A DNA stretch of 64,000 bases from Myxococcales bacterium (GCA_047601445.1 JASGJH010000001.1:2272001-2336000), one strand, 5' to 3'; positions 19,154-31,827 are shown, numbered from the stretch's first letter. A program made the numbers and translations. The notes: generated from the letters alone by a model not told the origin.

Positions 19154-20287
19154 ATGACCGCGGGGCCGCTTCACGACTTGTCACTGAGTGCGAGCACGAC
19201 TCAGTTACTCGAGCGCTTCGGATTCGATCGCGACACTTTCGAGAGCCTGCGCGCCAAGCTGAAGCGTGGTGAGGCCGGTGAAGAGCGCAACCGCCTGCGC
19301 GGCGTGGTGGAGCCGCCCGCCGCCGGTGAAGTCCGTCACTTGCCGGCCCCGAGCAGCGCCGAACGCAAGGCGCTCGCCGCGCGCGGCGAGGCCGCCATCG
19401 TGGCGGGGGAGGTCGCCTGCGTGGTACTCGCGGGAGGCATGGCCACGCGCTTCGGCGGCGTGGTCAAAGCGGCCGTCGAGGTCGCGCGCGGCAAGACCTT
19501 TCTGGACCTGAAGCTCGCCGAGATCCGCGCCAGCGCCACCCGCGCCGGAGGCAAGGTGCCGGTGCACCTCATGACGAGCTTCGCCACCGATGCCGAGATC
19601 GCGAAGTTGGCCAAGGCCGCCACCAGTGAAGCCGCGCCCGTCAGCTCCTTCTGTCAGTTCATCTCGCTGCGCCTTCTGCCGGACGGCGAGCTGTTCCGGG
19701 ACTCACGTGGCGAGGTATCGCCCTACGCTCCCGGTCACGGCGACCTCTCGTTTGCGCTGCGGCGCTCGGGCACACTGGCCGCGCTGCGCAAACAGGGCGT
19801 CAAGCACATCTACATGTCCAACGTGGACAACCTCGCAGCCACGCTGGATCCCGCGGTGATCGGGGCGCACCTCGAGAGCGGCAAGGCCATCAGCGTGGAA
19901 GCGGCGGACAAGGCCAAGGGCGACAAGGGCGGCGCGCCCGCGCGCGTGGACGGCGTGCTGCAGATCGTGGAAGGCTTTCGCTTCCCCAAAGAGTTCGACC
20001 AGGACTCGATCCCGGTCTTCAACACCAATAGCTTCGTCATGGACGTGGCCGCCATCGATCGCGACTTCGACCTGACCTGGTTCTCCGTGACCAAGGAAGT
20101 CGAGGGCAAGAAGGCCATCCAGTTCGAGCGCCTCGTGGGTGAGCTCACCGCGTTCTTGCCTTGCCACGTCATCGGCGTGGCCCGTGAAGGCGAGGACGGG
20201 CGCTTCATGCCGGTGAAGGACCCGCCCGAGCTCGAGGCCCGACGCGAGGCCATCGTCTCGCTGCTGTCGCGCCGCGGCGCTCTCTGA
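19154..20287 (+). CDS. UDPGP-family UTP--sugar-1-phosphate uridylyltransferase (eukaryote-type fold)
   Basis: LAGGMATRFG...KA, LMTSFAT, APGHGD, SNVDNL, DKGG, FNTNS, QFERL and RFMPVK. Confidence 0.88.
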   Translation: MTAGPLHDLSLSASTTQLLERFGFDRDTFESLRAKLKRGEAGEERNRLRGVVEPPAAGEVRHLPAPSSAERKALAARGEAAIVAGEVACVVLAGGMATRFGGVVKAAVEVARGKTFLDLKLAEIRASATRAGGKVPVHLMTSFATDAEIAKLAKAATSEAAPVSSFCQFISLRLLPDGELFRDSRGEVSPYAPGHGDLSFALRRSGTLAALRKQGVKHIYMSNVDNLAATLDPAVIGAHLESGKAISVEAADKAKGDKGGAPARVDGVLQIVEGFRFPKEFDQDSIPVFNTNSFVMDVAAIDRDFDLTWFSVTKEVEGKKAIQFERLVGELTAFLPCHVIGVAREGEDGRFMPVKDPPELEARREAIVSLLSRRGAL

Positions 20288-20297
20288 TCCATTGAGG

Positions 20298-21464
20298 ATG
20301 TCCCTCCTGCGGCGACTCGCGCTGCTCTCCGTGCTCGTGTTTGCTTGCGATAGCTCGCCGGAGGTGAGCGCCTCGCGCTGCTCGCTGGCCAAGGGGCAGG
20401 TCGTGGCGCGTCATCCGGGCCTGCGCTTTCACGGCGTCAAGCTGCTCGGCTGGCGCAGCGAGTTCGTGGCTGTTTGGTCGGATGCCGATGGGCTCTGGCT
20501 GCGCCGGCTGGACCTCCAGGGAACGCCCCTCGCTGCGCCCACTCGCATGGCGGACGCGTGCCCAGGCGGACTTGACGCTACGCCCATGGCCGATCGCCTG
20601 GTCGTGGCTTGTTCTCGCCCCGCCGCGGCCGAGGGCGAAACGGGCGAGCTCGCGGTCTACGGCATCACGCCCGATGTGACACGCGCAGATCCCATCGTGC
20701 TGGGCAGCACCGGGCGTGACGGGCGCGGGGTGGCTGTCTCGAGCCAGGGCACGCGCGTGCATGTGGTGTTTCACGAAGGGTCGCTGGGCCGACACGTGGT
20801 GCACTGGGCCGTCTTGGACGGGGAGCACGTGCTGGAGAACAAGGTGGTCTCCGATGTGCGGCGTGTCGCCGGCCAGCCGGCCTCCCTGGTGGATCGGGGA
20901 CATCACTACGCGCTCTGGAGCGAAAGCGAGCTAGACGCCCAACCTGCCTCGCGCACAGGCGTGTGGCTCAAGCAGGACGACGCGCCACCGCGGCGGGTGG
21001 CGCAGACCAGCGTGGTGGAGGCCGCGCCGAGCTTGAGTCGCGAAGGGGAGCAGCTGCTGTTGGCGTTCCGTGACCAGCAGGCTCGGGACAAGCGCAGCGA
21101 ACTCTACGTGACGCGCTTGAATGCGGCGCTCACGCCGGTCAGCAAGCCCGTGCGGGTGGGCCGCGCAAACGGCGAGGGAATGCCGCGGCTGGCGCGCTGT
21201 GGCTCCGTGCACGCGGCCGTGCTGCCGCGCGAATACGGAGGGGAGCACTACGTGGCGGTCCATGAGCTCGATGCGCAGCTCGGCAATCGCGGCGGAGGAC
21301 ACCAGTACTACGCGAACACACGCGAGTTCGTGATGGCCTCGTGGGCCTGCGCGGACGCGCCGGATGGCGCAGACAAGACGGCGCTCACGCTGCTGATCGG
21401 GGAGCGCGCGAATCCCTCGAGACCCGGCGTCGAGCTGATGACCTTGCGCTTCAGCTGTCCGTAG
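20298..21464 (+). CDS. Hypothetical lipoprotein (beta-rich, possibly propeller-like)
   Basis: Lipobox VFAC and repeated short beta segments ending in aromatic-acid motifs (AVWSD, VVFHE, ALWSE, LAFRD). Confidence 0.6.
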   Translation: MSLLRRLALLSVLVFACDSSPEVSASRCSLAKGQVVARHPGLRFHGVKLLGWRSEFVAVWSDADGLWLRRLDLQGTPLAAPTRMADACPGGLDATPMADRLVVACSRPAAAEGETGELAVYGITPDVTRADPIVLGSTGRDGRGVAVSSQGTRVHVVFHEGSLGRHVVHWAVLDGEHVLENKVVSDVRRVAGQPASLVDRGHHYALWSESELDAQPASRTGVWLKQDDAPPRRVAQTSVVEAAPSLSREGEQLLLAFRDQQARDKRSELYVTRLNAALTPVSKPVRVGRANGEGMPRLARCGSVHAAVLPREYGGEHYVAVHELDAQLGNRGGGHQYYANTREFVMASWACADAPDGADKTALTLLIGERANPSRPGVELMTLRFSCP

Positions 21465-21801
21465 CGAGCACGTGCAAGAGCGCACGTTGGCTGCGCTCGC
21501 TCTTGTGTTGGAGCTCGGCCTGGCACGCCGCGCCTCCACGCGCGAGTTCGCGACAGGTCTCGGGCCGCTGCGGGTACACCGAACAGATGAAGGCTCCGTC
21601 TCGCGTCAACTGCAGCGCCGCGCAGTGTCCCTGCTCCATCCGCATGTAGCAACGATTCCCGATGAATACGGTGAGCGCCTCCGCGTTGTCGCCGAGCCTG
21701 GCGTGGTCATCGCCGGTGACAGGCACGTAGCGCTCCCCGTCTCCGAAGCAGCAAGCGCCGCAGCGAAGACATTCTGGCCATGCCTCGGTAGGCTGTTCCA
21801 T
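21451..21801 (-). CDS. YkgJ-family cysteine-cluster protein
   Basis: CLRCGACC and CAAL...CSVYPQRPETCR. Confidence 0.85.
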   Translation of the reverse strand: MEQPTEAWPECLRCGACCFGDGERYVPVTGDDHARLGDNAEALTVFIGNRCYMRMEQGHCAALQLTRDGAFICSVYPQRPETCRELARGGAACQAELQHKSERSQRALLHVLATDS

Positions 21802-21819
21802 GGGCCCCCTTACCAGCTC

Positions 21820-23706
21820 TCAGGGTACGGCCACCAGCGCGTCCCCCTGCAAACGATAGCGCCGAGGCTGGTCCTGCCACGGGATCAACAGTCGTTCCAC
21901 GCCGCCCGTGGCGTCTTGCGTGAATGGATAGTCGGCATTGCTCCAGCCCTCGGCGGTGCCAGGTTCGATCACGAGCGCGCCGGTGCTGGTCGAGACGCGG
22001 TTGACGATCGCCTTGTCGCCCTGCCGCCGCACCACCTCGGCCGCAAGCATGCGCTTGAAACGTCCCTGCTCCTCGGCCGCCAACACCAACATGATCTCCC
22101 GACGCACTCCGTCCGCTCCCGACAAGGCTTGCGCGAGGCGCACGAACAACTCTTCACGCTTGTCCCCAGTGACATCGGCGTGGCCGAGATAGAGGACCTC
22201 GGCGGGGTCCTTCACGGGGAGGCCGTACGCCAGATAGCTACCGCCTTCGCCGATCTCTGGACCGAGCACGACCAGGTGATTGCCGAGTTCGAACACGTCC
22301 TCGAGCTCGGGCCCGGCCACCACGTTGGCGCGCTGATGGCGCCGCGGCGCGAGCTTGGCAGGCAGCTTGCGGTCGCGCCGAAAGAGGGCGAGCACGGCCT
22401 CCTGCGAGGGTGCCACCACCTCTTCGAGCGCCACCGGCGCGGCCGCCGCAGGTGCGCTCGCGCTGGACGGCGTGGCGGTCGCAGAGCGCTCCTCGGCAAC
22501 CATGCTCAGCGCGCCGGCCTCGAGGCCATAGGTGCGAGACTTGACGTCGCCCCATGGCAGCAGGATGGGCTGTACGTCGCGCGCGGCGTTCTCGCGGTAG
22601 TTCGAAGCAGTCAGGTTTTGGCTGCGTCCGGGCTTCACAATGATGCGAGCCTTGCTCTTGCCTTTCTGCTCGAGCTCCATGGTGTTCTCGAGGAAGCCTC
22701 CGGTGATCTCCTTGCGAAGCTCCACGCCGCCCACCGGACGCGGGCTGTCTTCGGCCAGCGTGTAGACCATCCAGACCTCGCGCGCGCCCTGCGGGTTGCT
22801 CTGGCGCAACGTGAGCAACAGCTCGGCGTGACCATCCAGGTCCAGATCCACGAGTTCGGCTTGCTTGATACCGCCGCCCATTCCGAACGGCAGTGCCACG
22901 TAGCCGAAGCTCTCGCCCTTCTTGAAGCCCGGACCGTAAACCAGCACGAAGCGATCGATGATGACCACGCGCTCCGCTGCCGCGTCGCCGTAGACGTTGG
23001 CGCGCCAGTCGAAGCGCGGCTCGATGCCGATCATGTTTTGGGAAGACAGGAAGCTGCCAACGAAGTCCTTCTGCCCCACCCCCAGCGCGAGCCGCGGCAT
23101 GCTGCCGGGCTTGGCCGCGCTCGCCGTTTCGAGCAGGGTCGGACGGCTGCCTCCATCGAAGTCCTCATAGCGCAGGGCCCCGCGCGCCTGTTCCCAGAGA
23201 TCGGAGCCCTGGATCAGCGACCACGGCACGAACGCCTCGATGACGTACCCTGCCTGTCCCTGCTCGCGGGGACCTTCCACGACCTTGATCGCTGGCTCGG
23301 GACGCGGACTACCCGCGCCCACCCGCAGACCCGCTTCGGCCTTCGAGCGCCCGCTCTGGCCCGCGTGAAGCCAGACTTCCTGCGCCGTCCACCGCCCCTT
23401 CGAGTCCGGCAGAGCCAGCGTGAGCACCAGTGCGTCCTGGCGGCCGCCCACGCCCTTGGTGCGCACGAGCTGCGCGTCGGACACCTCGGCGGCCACGTAG
23501 AGACCGCCATCGGCCGTGGCCAGTGCATAGCGAAGCGCTGGGTCCCCGGAGCCGAGGTTACCAAAGCGCGCGCCTTGCCACTCGCGCAGCGCACCATCGA
23601 CCCGCATGCGCTCCGCGCTTTGGTCGACTCGCAGCGGCGAGTCCGCCCTGACCGTCCCCACCCACATCACCAGAGAAACGAACACCCAGCTCCAACGTCG
23701 CCGCAT
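21820..23706 (-). CDS. Secreted protein with N-terminal CBM9/DOMON-like domain and FG-GAP-like motifs
   Basis: Signal peptide; VDGALREW, GLYVAAEVSD and GYVIEAFVPW; DLDLDGHAELL and DVTGDKREELFV. Confidence 0.6.
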   Translation of the reverse strand: MRRRWSWVFVSLVMWVGTVRADSPLRVDQSAERMRVDGALREWQGARFGNLGSGDPALRYALATADGGLYVAAEVSDAQLVRTKGVGGRQDALVLTLALPDSKGRWTAQEVWLHAGQSGRSKAEAGLRVGAGSPRPEPAIKVVEGPREQGQAGYVIEAFVPWSLIQGSDLWEQARGALRYEDFDGGSRPTLLETASAAKPGSMPRLALGVGQKDFVGSFLSSQNMIGIEPRFDWRANVYGDAAAERVVIIDRFVLVYGPGFKKGESFGYVALPFGMGGGIKQAELVDLDLDGHAELLLTLRQSNPQGAREVWMVYTLAEDSPRPVGGVELRKEITGGFLENTMELEQKGKSKARIIVKPGRSQNLTASNYRENAARDVQPILLPWGDVKSRTYGLEAGALSMVAEERSATATPSSASAPAAAAPVALEEVVAPSQEAVLALFRRDRKLPAKLAPRRHQRANVVAGPELEDVFELGNHLVVLGPEIGEGGSYLAYGLPVKDPAEVLYLGHADVTGDKREELFVRLAQALSGADGVRREIMLVLAAEEQGRFKRMLAAEVVRRQGDKAIVNRVSTSTGALVIEPGTAEGWSNADYPFTQDATGGVERLLIPWQDQPRRYRLQGDALVAVP

Positions 23707-23832
23707 CGCGCGCAAGGATACCTTGGAGTTCGCGAGCAAAGACAGAGCCTCGCGCAAACGATGGCACTGGCCACGCAGCCGAGTGTCCCGGGAGCTCGCG
23801 GCGTCCGGTGTGAGCCGGCCCGATGACTGCCC

Positions 23833-25008
23833 TTACTGGGGTTGAACGCGCAGCACTTTGCGAAGCTTCTCGCCGCGCAACGCGAGCTGTCCGCAGGCCG
23901 CCGCGATGTCGCTGCCCTTGCGGCGTCGCACGAAGGTGGCGATGCCGTGATCCAGCAGGGTTTGCTGGAACTTGTCGACCGTAGCCCAACTCGAGGGCGA
24001 GAGCGCGCTGGCGTCGATGGGGTTCATGGGGATCAGGTTGACCTTGACCTTGAGTCCGCGCATGAGCGACGCCAACTTGCGCGCATCCTCGAGGCTGTCG
24101 TTCTGTCCCTGGACCAGGGTGTACTCGATGGTGATGCGACGCCGCTTGGGCAGCGGGTAGCGCCGCAGGGCCGCCAGCAGCTCCTCGAGCGGGTACTTCT
24201 TGTTGATCGGCATCAAGGCGCTGCGGCGATCGTTGTCTACCTGGTGCAAGGAAACCGCCAGCTGCACTTGCCCCTCGAACTCCTGCCCGAGGCGATCGAT
24301 CTGCGGCACCAGTCCGCTCGTGGACAGGGTGACGCGACGTCGCGAGAGATTGAGTCCCTCCGGGTGCGTCATCAGCACCAGCGCGCGCGCCACCGCATCG
24401 TAGTTGGCGAGCGGCTCGCCCATGCCCATTAGCACCACGTTACGCAGGCGTTCGCCCTCGCCCAGGCGCTGTCGGCCCAGGATGAGCTGCGCGACAATCT
24501 CACCTGCGCTGAGGTTGCGCTTGAGCCCTGCCTGACCCGAGGCGCAGAACACGCAGCCCATGGCGCAGCCGACCTGAGTGGACACGCACTGCGTGAACAG
24601 CGCGTCGCGCGCCTCCGGCTGCCCTTCGTCGTCGTCGCTGGTCTCGTCGAGGGCGACCACGTCGGCGTCGGTCTGGATGCGCTGGGGGATCAGAACCGAC
24701 TCGATTTCTTTTTCGTCCTCGAGGCGCAGCAAGAGCTTGCGCGTGGTGTCCTCGGAGAGGTGCTCCGTGGCCACGCTGAGCGGAGTCTTGAGTCCCTCCT
24801 CCACGAGCTTCGCGCGCAGGGACTTGGGCAAGTCACTCATCTGCTCGGGGTCGAGCACGCCGCGCTGATGGATCCAGCGGAACACGGCGAGGCCGCGGTA
24901 CTTGGGCTCGCCCAAGCGGACCATCACCTCGGCCCACTCTTCGGGCAGACGCTCGAGGGGACCTGCCGGCTCGGTGAGCGGCGGCGCGAGGGGTTGGGCC
25001 TTCTTCAT
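23833..25008 (-). CDS. rlmN: 23S rRNA (adenine2503-C2)-methyltransferase, radical SAM
   Basis: CVSTQVGCAMGCVFC, MGMGEPLAN, TLSTSG, LAVSLH, VNLIPMN and GSDIAAACGQL. Confidence 0.96.
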   Translation of the reverse strand: MKKAQPLAPPLTEPAGPLERLPEEWAEVMVRLGEPKYRGLAVFRWIHQRGVLDPEQMSDLPKSLRAKLVEEGLKTPLSVATEHLSEDTTRKLLLRLEDEKEIESVLIPQRIQTDADVVALDETSDDDEGQPEARDALFTQCVSTQVGCAMGCVFCASGQAGLKRNLSAGEIVAQLILGRQRLGEGERLRNVVLMGMGEPLANYDAVARALVLMTHPEGLNLSRRRVTLSTSGLVPQIDRLGQEFEGQVQLAVSLHQVDNDRRSALMPINKKYPLEELLAALRRYPLPKRRRITIEYTLVQGQNDSLEDARKLASLMRGLKVKVNLIPMNPIDASALSPSSWATVDKFQQTLLDHGIATFVRRRKGSDIAAACGQLALRGEKLRKVLRVQPQ

Positions 25009-25080
25009 GGTGCTGCCCAGTGTTGCCGAAAACCCGCAATTTTCAAGGGTCGGCCTCGACCGAAGCCGGCATGCGCCCAG

Positions 25081-26178
25081 CTAAACCGCCGAAAGCGAAA
25101 GCAGGAAACGCTCGAAGATCGCGTAACCCTCGGCCAACAAAGAGAGCGTCGTGTACTCGTTTGGTTGGTGAGCTTGCGAATTCACGCCCGGTCCCAGGTT
25201 CACCGCGGGTACGCCCACCTGGTCGAAACGGGCCACGTCCGTCCACGCTTGCTTGCGCTCCACCGTGCGCACTCCCGACTGAGCCAGCCGCTGCACCAGC
25301 GGGTGCATACGGTGAGGACGCCCGGCCGGAGACAAGTCGAAGGCCTTCACCTGGGCTCTGCCTGCCACCATGGCCACCAGCTCCTCCAGGGCCTGTTCGG
25401 GGGTCTTGCCGGGCGCGAAGCGGTAGTTGATGTTGAGCTCGAAGCGGTCGGGCACGATGTTGCGCGAGCGACCACCGTTCGCGAGCGTCGGCGTGAGCAC
25501 TTCCTTGAAGAGCATGCCGTCGATCTCCACCTCGCGCGGTACCCGGGCCCCGAGCTCGGCGAGGAAGCTGGCGGACTTGGTGATGGCGTTCTCACCCTCC
25601 CACGGGCGTGCGCTGTGGGCCGTGCGGCCCTCGAAGGTCACCGTGGCATGCAGCGAGCCCATGCAGCCGAGCTGCAGGCGGTTGTCGCTGGGCTCCAGGC
25701 AAATCGCCAGATCGAAGCCGTGCAAGATGGGGAACGCGTCCAGCATCGGACCGAGCACGTTCTCCGCGAAGGGCCCTTCCTCGCGCTCGTAGAACACCAG
25801 CGTGAGATCACAGGGCAGCGTGGCGCGGTCGAGCCGCTCGGCGAGCTCGATCATGATCGCCAGGCCTGACTTCATGTCCGCCGCGCCAGCGCCGTAGAGC
25901 TTGTCGCCTTCGATGCGCACGGGACCGTCGTGCTGCGTGCGCACCGTATCGAGGTGGCCCACCAGCGCGATCTTGGGAGCACCCGGCTTGTGATGGGCGC
26001 GCACGATCAGACTGTCACGAAAGCGCGTGATGCTCTCGGCGCCGAGGCTCCTGGCGAGCCGCTGCTCGACGTGATCGCACAGCGCCTTCTCTTCGCCGAT
26101 TGGGCTCGGCACCGCGGTGATGTCGAACAGAGTCTGAACCAGGGCGGCTTCGAGCGGGGCACTGCTTTGCGTGGACAT
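25081..26178 (-). CDS. dapE: Succinyl-diaminopimelate desuccinylase (M20 family, actinobacterial-type)
   Basis: GHLDTV, GAGAADMKSG, FYEREE, GRTAHSARPW, NYRFAP, KQAWTDVARF and AHQPNE. Confidence 0.85.
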   Translation of the reverse strand: MSTQSSAPLEAALVQTLFDITAVPSPIGEEKALCDHVEQRLARSLGAESITRFRDSLIVRAHHKPGAPKIALVGHLDTVRTQHDGPVRIEGDKLYGAGAADMKSGLAIMIELAERLDRATLPCDLTLVFYEREEGPFAENVLGPMLDAFPILHGFDLAICLEPSDNRLQLGCMGSLHATVTFEGRTAHSARPWEGENAITKSASFLAELGARVPREVEIDGMLFKEVLTPTLANGGRSRNIVPDRFELNINYRFAPGKTPEQALEELVAMVAGRAQVKAFDLSPAGRPHRMHPLVQRLAQSGVRTVERKQAWTDVARFDQVGVPAVNLGPGVNSQAHQPNEYTTLSLLAEGYAIFERFLLSLSAV

Positions 26179-26233
26179 GGCGCAGCCTCTTACCATGCGG
26201 TCAGAAAGGAGCCCAGCCGGGTCCCTCACGGCA

Positions 26234-28411
26234 CTAGTCAGCGCCGGACCACAGCGCATTGGCGTCGGGACCGAGCAGCGCTCGCGCAGTGCGCAGCAGA
26301 CCGCGTGTTGCGGCACGCAGGTCGCCCACGCCGCCGCGACAGCGCAGCATCAGGCCCTCGTTCGAGCACACCAAATCGCCCGCCGTCTCGGCAGCACGAC
26401 GCGCGCTCTCGAGCTCGGCGGGAGTATGCGTGCCGACCACCAGCTCGTCGGGCGGGAACACCGAGCCGCGCAGCGCCTGTAGCGGCTCCAAGAGAGTCCG
26501 CACCACCAGCTCCCAGCGTACCTTCACGAGATTGGCCGAGATCTCCTCGACCACGAGGTCACCTCCTTCGAGGCGACCCGAAAGCGAGACCAGCGCGCCG
26601 CGCCTGCTGGCGTCCAGCTGCTCGATGCCGACCAGCAGCTCGAACGCGCCCGGCGCGAAGTGCTGTGCGAGTGCGCTGCCCTGATTCACGAGCGCTTCGT
26701 CTTCCCAGGTGGCGGCCGCGAACACGCTGGCTGCGCGGCCCTGCACTTTGGTGTCCTGCGCCCAGTGCTGCGCGTCCGCCGGTAGCGGCGCGGCGGTGCG
26801 CGCGCCAAAGGCCAACAAATGCACGCCGAGGTCGTGCCCTTCGGCAGCGCGCCCGAGCCGCGCCCAATAGGCGAACAGGCGCGGAACCTGGGCCAGCGGC
26901 AGCCGCAATTCCGGGACGCGCGTACGCCGCACACCGCGCACGCGTCCGAGCAGCGAGCTAGCCGTCACCAGGGCCCACTCGGCGCGCTCGTAGTCCTGAC
27001 CGGCTTGCACCTGTTGCGCGAGCTCGGGAGCCGCACGCGTGGCCTCCGTGTTGGAGAGACCGAGTTGGCGCTGCAGCTCCCAGGCCAAGCGGTGTGTGTC
27101 GAAGCGCGCGAGGGCCGTACGGCGCGCGAGCTGCCAGTAGGCGACCTCGCCACCCGACGCCAGGCGCGCATCCGCGAGTTCGAGGGCGGAGCGACCATCT
27201 CCCAGGACCTGGCAGCGCAGCGTGAATTGGCGGCGCGCCAGTGCCTCGTGGTTGGGCGCCTCGGTGCGGGCTCGCGTGAGCATACGATCGAGGCGGTGGA
27301 GCTCGGCTTCCCGCACGGCGGGTGCGGGCGGTAGGCGGGAGAGGGCTTGATCCACGTGGGCCAGCACGCGCTCGGGTGCCACGCGCTCGAAGGACTCATC
27401 CGGATCGATGGCGCCCTCCTCCGCCGTACGTTCGGCCGCGAGCGCGCGCTGCAGGCGGTCTTGATCTTCCACGCTGAGCCAGAGCTCCTCCAGCGACTGT
27501 CCGCTGCGTTGCTCCAACACGGCCCCTTGCACGCGATACTCCGAGCGCAGCGGCGTGCCAGCGAACATCGGGTTGTCCTCGGTGCCCACTGCGAGCTTCC
27601 GGGCGGCGCGCGCCGCCAAGGCCGGGGAAAGGAAGTGCCGCCGGGTCAGACGCTCGATGCTCCGCGTACGCAAGAAGAGAGCGGACTCGGATCCCACGAG
27701 CTCACGGCTGTCGAACAGGCCGGCGCCTTGACGGGCGCTGACCTCCACGGCGTCGGGCAACTCCTGGAGCAGCGCCAGACAGCGACCGTTGCCCACGTCG
27801 AACTCGAAGTCCTCCGGCAGCTTGCCGGTGGAGAGACGCACCGTGTACGGGTCGACGAATTCCGCTGCGACCGCGACGCAGGTGAGCTCGCCCCCACAAC
27901 TGGGCGGTGCCGTGCCCCAGCTCAGCTCGCGGTCGTCGGCCTTGCTCACGGCGTCGCGGATGCGCTGCGCATCACGGGTCGCGAAGCGCAGGTAGTCCAC
28001 GCGCAGGCTGCGTTCGTCCGCGGTGGTGACCTCGGCGCGCACGTAGGCCAGCACGGGGAGATCCACGCCCCAGGGCAGGTGATCGGTCTGACTCACCAGA
28101 CCCATCAGGGGCCGCACGGGCTCGGGCAGCGCCGAAGGGATCGCCACCACGCAGCGCGCGGCTTCGTTGGGCAAAAGGCTTGCGAGCTCCAGCGCGTGAC
28201 GAAGCTCGCCACGGGCGGGGGCCGCGATGGACGCGGGTTGGACGCCAGGCTGCGGGTGCGGCTCGGCAAGGCGTGCGCCAGGTGTACAGCTCGCCGCCAC
28301 CAGGCAGCACAGCCAGGCGGTGTGTGCGAGGGCGTTCGCCGGCGGCGCGTTCCCGCGCACGGAAAGGTCTAGCCGCGTGTTCCCACGCGCAAAGAAGCGG
28401 GCGAGGCGCAC
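26234..28411 (-). CDS. Hypothetical lipoprotein; start uncertain
   Basis: Long ORF that fills the ndk-dapE gap; lipobox-like CLVAASC. Confidence 0.6.
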   Translation of the reverse strand: MRLARFFARGNTRLDLSVRGNAPPANALAHTAWLCCLVAASCTPGARLAEPHPQPGVQPASIAAPARGELRHALELASLLPNEAARCVVAIPSALPEPVRPLMGLVSQTDHLPWGVDLPVLAYVRAEVTTADERSLRVDYLRFATRDAQRIRDAVSKADDRELSWGTAPPSCGGELTCVAVAAEFVDPYTVRLSTGKLPEDFEFDVGNGRCLALLQELPDAVEVSARQGAGLFDSRELVGSESALFLRTRSIERLTRRHFLSPALAARAARKLAVGTEDNPMFAGTPLRSEYRVQGAVLEQRSGQSLEELWLSVEDQDRLQRALAAERTAEEGAIDPDESFERVAPERVLAHVDQALSRLPPAPAVREAELHRLDRMLTRARTEAPNHEALARRQFTLRCQVLGDGRSALELADARLASGGEVAYWQLARRTALARFDTHRLAWELQRQLGLSNTEATRAAPELAQQVQAGQDYERAEWALVTASSLLGRVRGVRRTRVPELRLPLAQVPRLFAYWARLGRAAEGHDLGVHLLAFGARTAAPLPADAQHWAQDTKVQGRAASVFAAATWEDEALVNQGSALAQHFAPGAFELLVGIEQLDASRRGALVSLSGRLEGGDLVVEEISANLVKVRWELVVRTLLEPLQALRGSVFPPDELVVGTHTPAELESARRAAETAGDLVCSNEGLMLRCRGGVGDLRAATRGLLRTARALLGPDANALWSGAD

Positions 28412-28443
28412 GGCTCAGTCTAGCGCGCGCCCCGCGGCTTGTT

Positions 28444-28863
28444 TCAGAGGATCTCGTAGCCGGGGAAGAAGTACGCGATTTCCTGGGCAGCGGTCTCGGC
28501 GGCATCGGAGCCGTGGACGGCGTTCTCGCCCACATCCTTGGCGTACAGCTTGCGAATCGTCCCAGCATCGGCCTGGGCGGGGTTGGTGGCCCCCATCACC
28601 TTGCGGTAGGTGGCGACGGCGTTCTCGCCCTGCAGCACCATGACCACCACGGGGCCACGCGTCATGAACTCGCAGAGTTCGCCGAAGAAGGGACGCGCCT
28701 TGTGAACCGCGTAGAATCCTTCCGCTTGCGGGCGCGAAAGGTGGGTCATCTTTGCCGCCACCACCTTGAGGCCGGCCTTCTCGATCAAGGCGATGACCTC
28801 GCCGACCTTGTTCTTCTCGACGGTGTCCGGCTTGAGGATGGACAGGGTGCGCTCGATGGCCAT
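28444..28863 (-). CDS. ndk: Nucleoside diphosphate kinase
   Basis: [27 protein letters not shown] and NAVHGSD. Confidence 0.98.
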   Translation of the reverse strand: MAIERTLSILKPDTVEKNKVGEVIALIEKAGLKVVAAKMTHLSRPQAEGFYAVHKARPFFGELCEFMTRGPVVVMVLQGENAVATYRKVMGATNPAQADAGTIRKLYAKDVGENAVHGSDAAETAAQEIAYFFPGYEIL

Positions 28864-29132
28864 GACGGTCTCCTGGAAAAGCGTTCTAAAGGAGGGACAG
28901 GCGACCCGAAAACGCTGATTTTTTCAGTGGCTCCTGCCCGCAGTCGGCCGAGGTTTAGTGGAAAAACCCGAGCCGGCAAGGCTTTTACCCGCTGGGCGCA
29001 ACCGCCCCGTGGAGGCTTCACCTTGGCGAGCCGAAACTGAGGCGAAAAGGCACCGAGAAGCGTGCCTCGATATGCCGCAATCGAACGTGAATTGTCACGT
29101 GCAAGAGCGGCGCAGCGGGTAGACTGCTCGAG

Positions 29133-30173
<1,041 letters not shown>

Positions 30174-30183
30174 GGGGTTCATC

Positions 30184-31827
<1,644 letters not shown>

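Noticed and set aside
21472..23826. 784-aa plus-strand ORF (and similar long ORFs at 10104-11819, 16026-17357, 47595-49136)
   Set aside because: They lie antisense to genes with recognisable motifs and translate to Arg/Ala/Gly-rich sequence without domain features.
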